From positions 56,296,001 through 56,360,000 of the forward strand of contig OX597824.1 in the NCBI GenBank assembly GCA_951406725.2: 64,000 bases of DNA, in the 5' to 3' direction. Under the pieces are notes generated by a model that was given only the letters and a program-made list of their open reading frames with translations, made no database searches and was not told where the DNA came from. Source of the stretch: Octopus vulgaris (taxonomy: Eukaryota). The translations under genes and the position numbers were made by a program. This document shows positions 61,608-64,000 of the stretch, piece by piece; within the stretch, counting starts at the first letter, position 1; every line of letters starts with the position of its first letter.

Positions 61608-62360
61608 AGAGCGGTGGTGCCCCAGCATGGCCGCGGCCTTCCGGCTAAAACATTTTTAAGGATTTAAGGATACATCGAAGGAAGGAAGGAAGGTTGGATG
61701 GATAGAAGATACCCACTTCAACATCTACTAGCAGAAATCTCGTGTCCATTCAGATTAAACATATTAGCAGTAAATAAGACAGTCAATCTAAGCCTGGAAC
61801 TAAGAAAGAAAATATTTGAAATAAACTAAGATATGTTTAATTACTATATTTGCATTTTGGCGTAGGAGTCGCAGTGTAGTAAGAAGCTCATAAGGAGGGG
61901 CCGGTGGGAGGGACTTCTGTCCTGCACGGAGGATCCTGAGTGGCCTTCGCAGGTGGCTGCTGAGGTTCTATGGGATAGTGATCTGTGCAGGATCATGAAT
62001 TCCTTTCCGGAGGACTCCTATAAATATATACCTGTGTGGTCCAGCCTGGAACCGGGTGCATACTTCAATGAAGCAAGGATACTGGTCGGCTGGATAACCT
62101 GAACGAGTCTAGAAAATGTGAAACATGTGACTTTTTGTGTTTTAAAAAAGAAAAAAGAATTCTGAACATTGTATTGTTGGGTTTATTGCCTCATTGTGTT
62201 TTGGGAGAAAAAGGAAAAAAAGAACATTGTTTTAGAGAAGCGAAAGTCGGCGGGCGCTTTTCGTCTTCTCCTGTCATCATCATTTTTGCATCACCATCAT
62301 TCATACCATTAATATCCGTGTCCAGCCTGTGTGATGCCATTGTGGCAAATTATATGAAAT

Positions 62361-62815
62361 GTTAGTTAGTTAGTTAATTTTTGGGCTCAAAAAGCAAAAA
62401 GCAAGGCCATGTAGGGGGACATGGAGTTATGTACAGGGTGGTGTTCATGTAAAGAGTTCAGGCCATTTGTGGTCAAGGGAGATTTTGAACCAAGCGGTCG
62501 TCGGCATCTTCACTATCTCGTCAGGCAGCTTATTCCACGGATCCGCAACCTAGACGGAGAAAGCCCCTCTCCTTTGATTGAGATGAAATCATCGCAGATA
62601 GAGCTTTTCGGAGTGACCCAGCAGCCGACGTTCTGGAGCAGGAGTGAAGAACAGCTCTTTCGAGAGGTTACACTTTTCGCTTATGATGTTGTGAGCAAGA
62701 ATGAGATCACCACGGCGTTGTCGTTTTTCTAGAGAATAAAGGTCGAGCGTCTTCAGCCTTTCTTCGTAAGACAAATGCTTGAGACCAAGAACCATGCATG
62801 TAGCCAGCTTCTGGA
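62361..62815 (-). mobile_element. CR1-like LINE 3' fragment with (TAAC)n tail
   Basis: LSYEERLKTLDLYSLEKRQRRGDLI...GHSEKL. Confidence 0.8.
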
Positions 62816-63146
62816 TTGGGTCTCACAATTTATGTAAGCGTAACTTTCTGCTTGATGAGTTACCGACCCGACATCTCCTTCCAAAGTAACGGGAGACACT
62901 TTCCACCTAAGATCCTGAGAGATACAAACATTCGGAGTCAAAACGGACCAGGGAGTAACGGTAATGAAGGGGTAACGTCGTTTCCCCTCAACCCCAGAAC
63001 TCCTGAAATAGGCCCGACCCTTCGGATGTAGTTTGATGTCGTACACAGGATGTGCATACATATATTCATAAATACATCTATATATTCATATATATATGCA
63101 GATATTCGTACATACATAGTTATATATATATATAAATATCTGTAAA

Positions 63147-63541
63147 CTAGCAGTATCGCCCGGCGTTGCTCGGGTTGTAAGGAAAATAACTATATAAGCA
63201 TTTTTAGAGAGTTATAGCCAAAAAATAGCAAAAAAATGCATTAAAATTTGAAAAAAAATTAAGGTAAATTTTTTTTTAAATCGTTGACACATCGTAGATA
63301 TTTTTAGAGAGTTACTTCCCTTATATAAAAGCGAAAAAAATGCATTAAAATGGAAAAATATGATGGTAAATTTTTTTTAAATCGTAGACTCATTGTAGAC
63401 GCGCGCTAATACCCAGAAGGGCTCGATATGAATCACGACTATAAGATACCCGCTTTTGGTTAAACTGCACCACAAAATGTGGGAGTAGTTACGAATCTAA
63501 ATCGTAGGAGACAGACACACAACTTCACTCTTATATAAAGA
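63147..63541 (-). mobile_element. Complete non-autonomous Helitron
   Basis: A|TCTTTATATAAG...CCCGAGCAACGCCGGGCGATACTGCTAG|T. Confidence 0.7.
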
Positions 63542-64000
63542 TGCTTTTTTTTTCAGTCATAGAGTTAGATTTATGAAGGTCTTCAGTAGAAAATCCTTCG
63601 AATTCTGACTCGCTGCTTGATATAATGAAATTCGTATCCATTTTTTGTCAGAATTACAAATTTTGAAAACACAATAGGAACAAATTTCGGAAAAAAATCT
63701 CCCATAATTCACGGAATTAAAATTACACTTCGATTTTTGTACAAAACTGTATTTGAAGTATAATACGTGTTTTCACGAATGTACTAAAGAGATTTACTCT
63801 GATATTCTCATTTAAATATGCATAGGTAAATTCGGGCGGTTTGGTAACGAAAGGGTTAAACGGATGCATACATTTATTAATAACTATATATAAGTGTCGT
63901 CTGTTTATACATAAACACTGTTTCATACTTTCAGTTTAGTCTTCCTCAAATCACTCTGTCGCTATTTACTCTCTTCCAAGAACATTTTCACTCACTCTTA

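Noticed and set aside
61890-62110. GC-richer island with TATAAA
   Set aside because: No ORF, structure or homology recognisable from sequence alone.

Overview
AT-rich, microsatellite-laden animal genomic DNA. The SINE, LINE and Penelope repertoire and the huge (TA)n tracts suggest a cephalopod such as Octopus (inference). The window is almost all transposable-element derived. It holds a 2.85-kb foldback element (88-2941), small MITEs, a cluster of non-autonomous Helitrons joined head-to-tail (about 6.3-28 kb), several CR1/L2-group LINEs sitting in (TA)n tracts (two with a Myb/SANT-like plus CCCH ORF1, one with a near-intact ORF2), three Penelope-like GIY-YIG retroelements, tRNA-derived SINEs and a mariner relic. 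One likely host exon is present: the N-terminal Cys/His-rich exon of a VPS54-like gene on the minus strand (53608-53887). The main hidden signal is four sequence-unrelated type-I hammerhead ribozymes on the minus strand (about 20.9, 28.4, 34.0 and 47.6 kb), plus degenerate relatives. Three sit in short non-coding islands between (TA)n tracts. Most ORF-track entries (YIYI..., HTHT...) are microsatellite artefacts. There is a 100-N assembly gap at 50324-50423.
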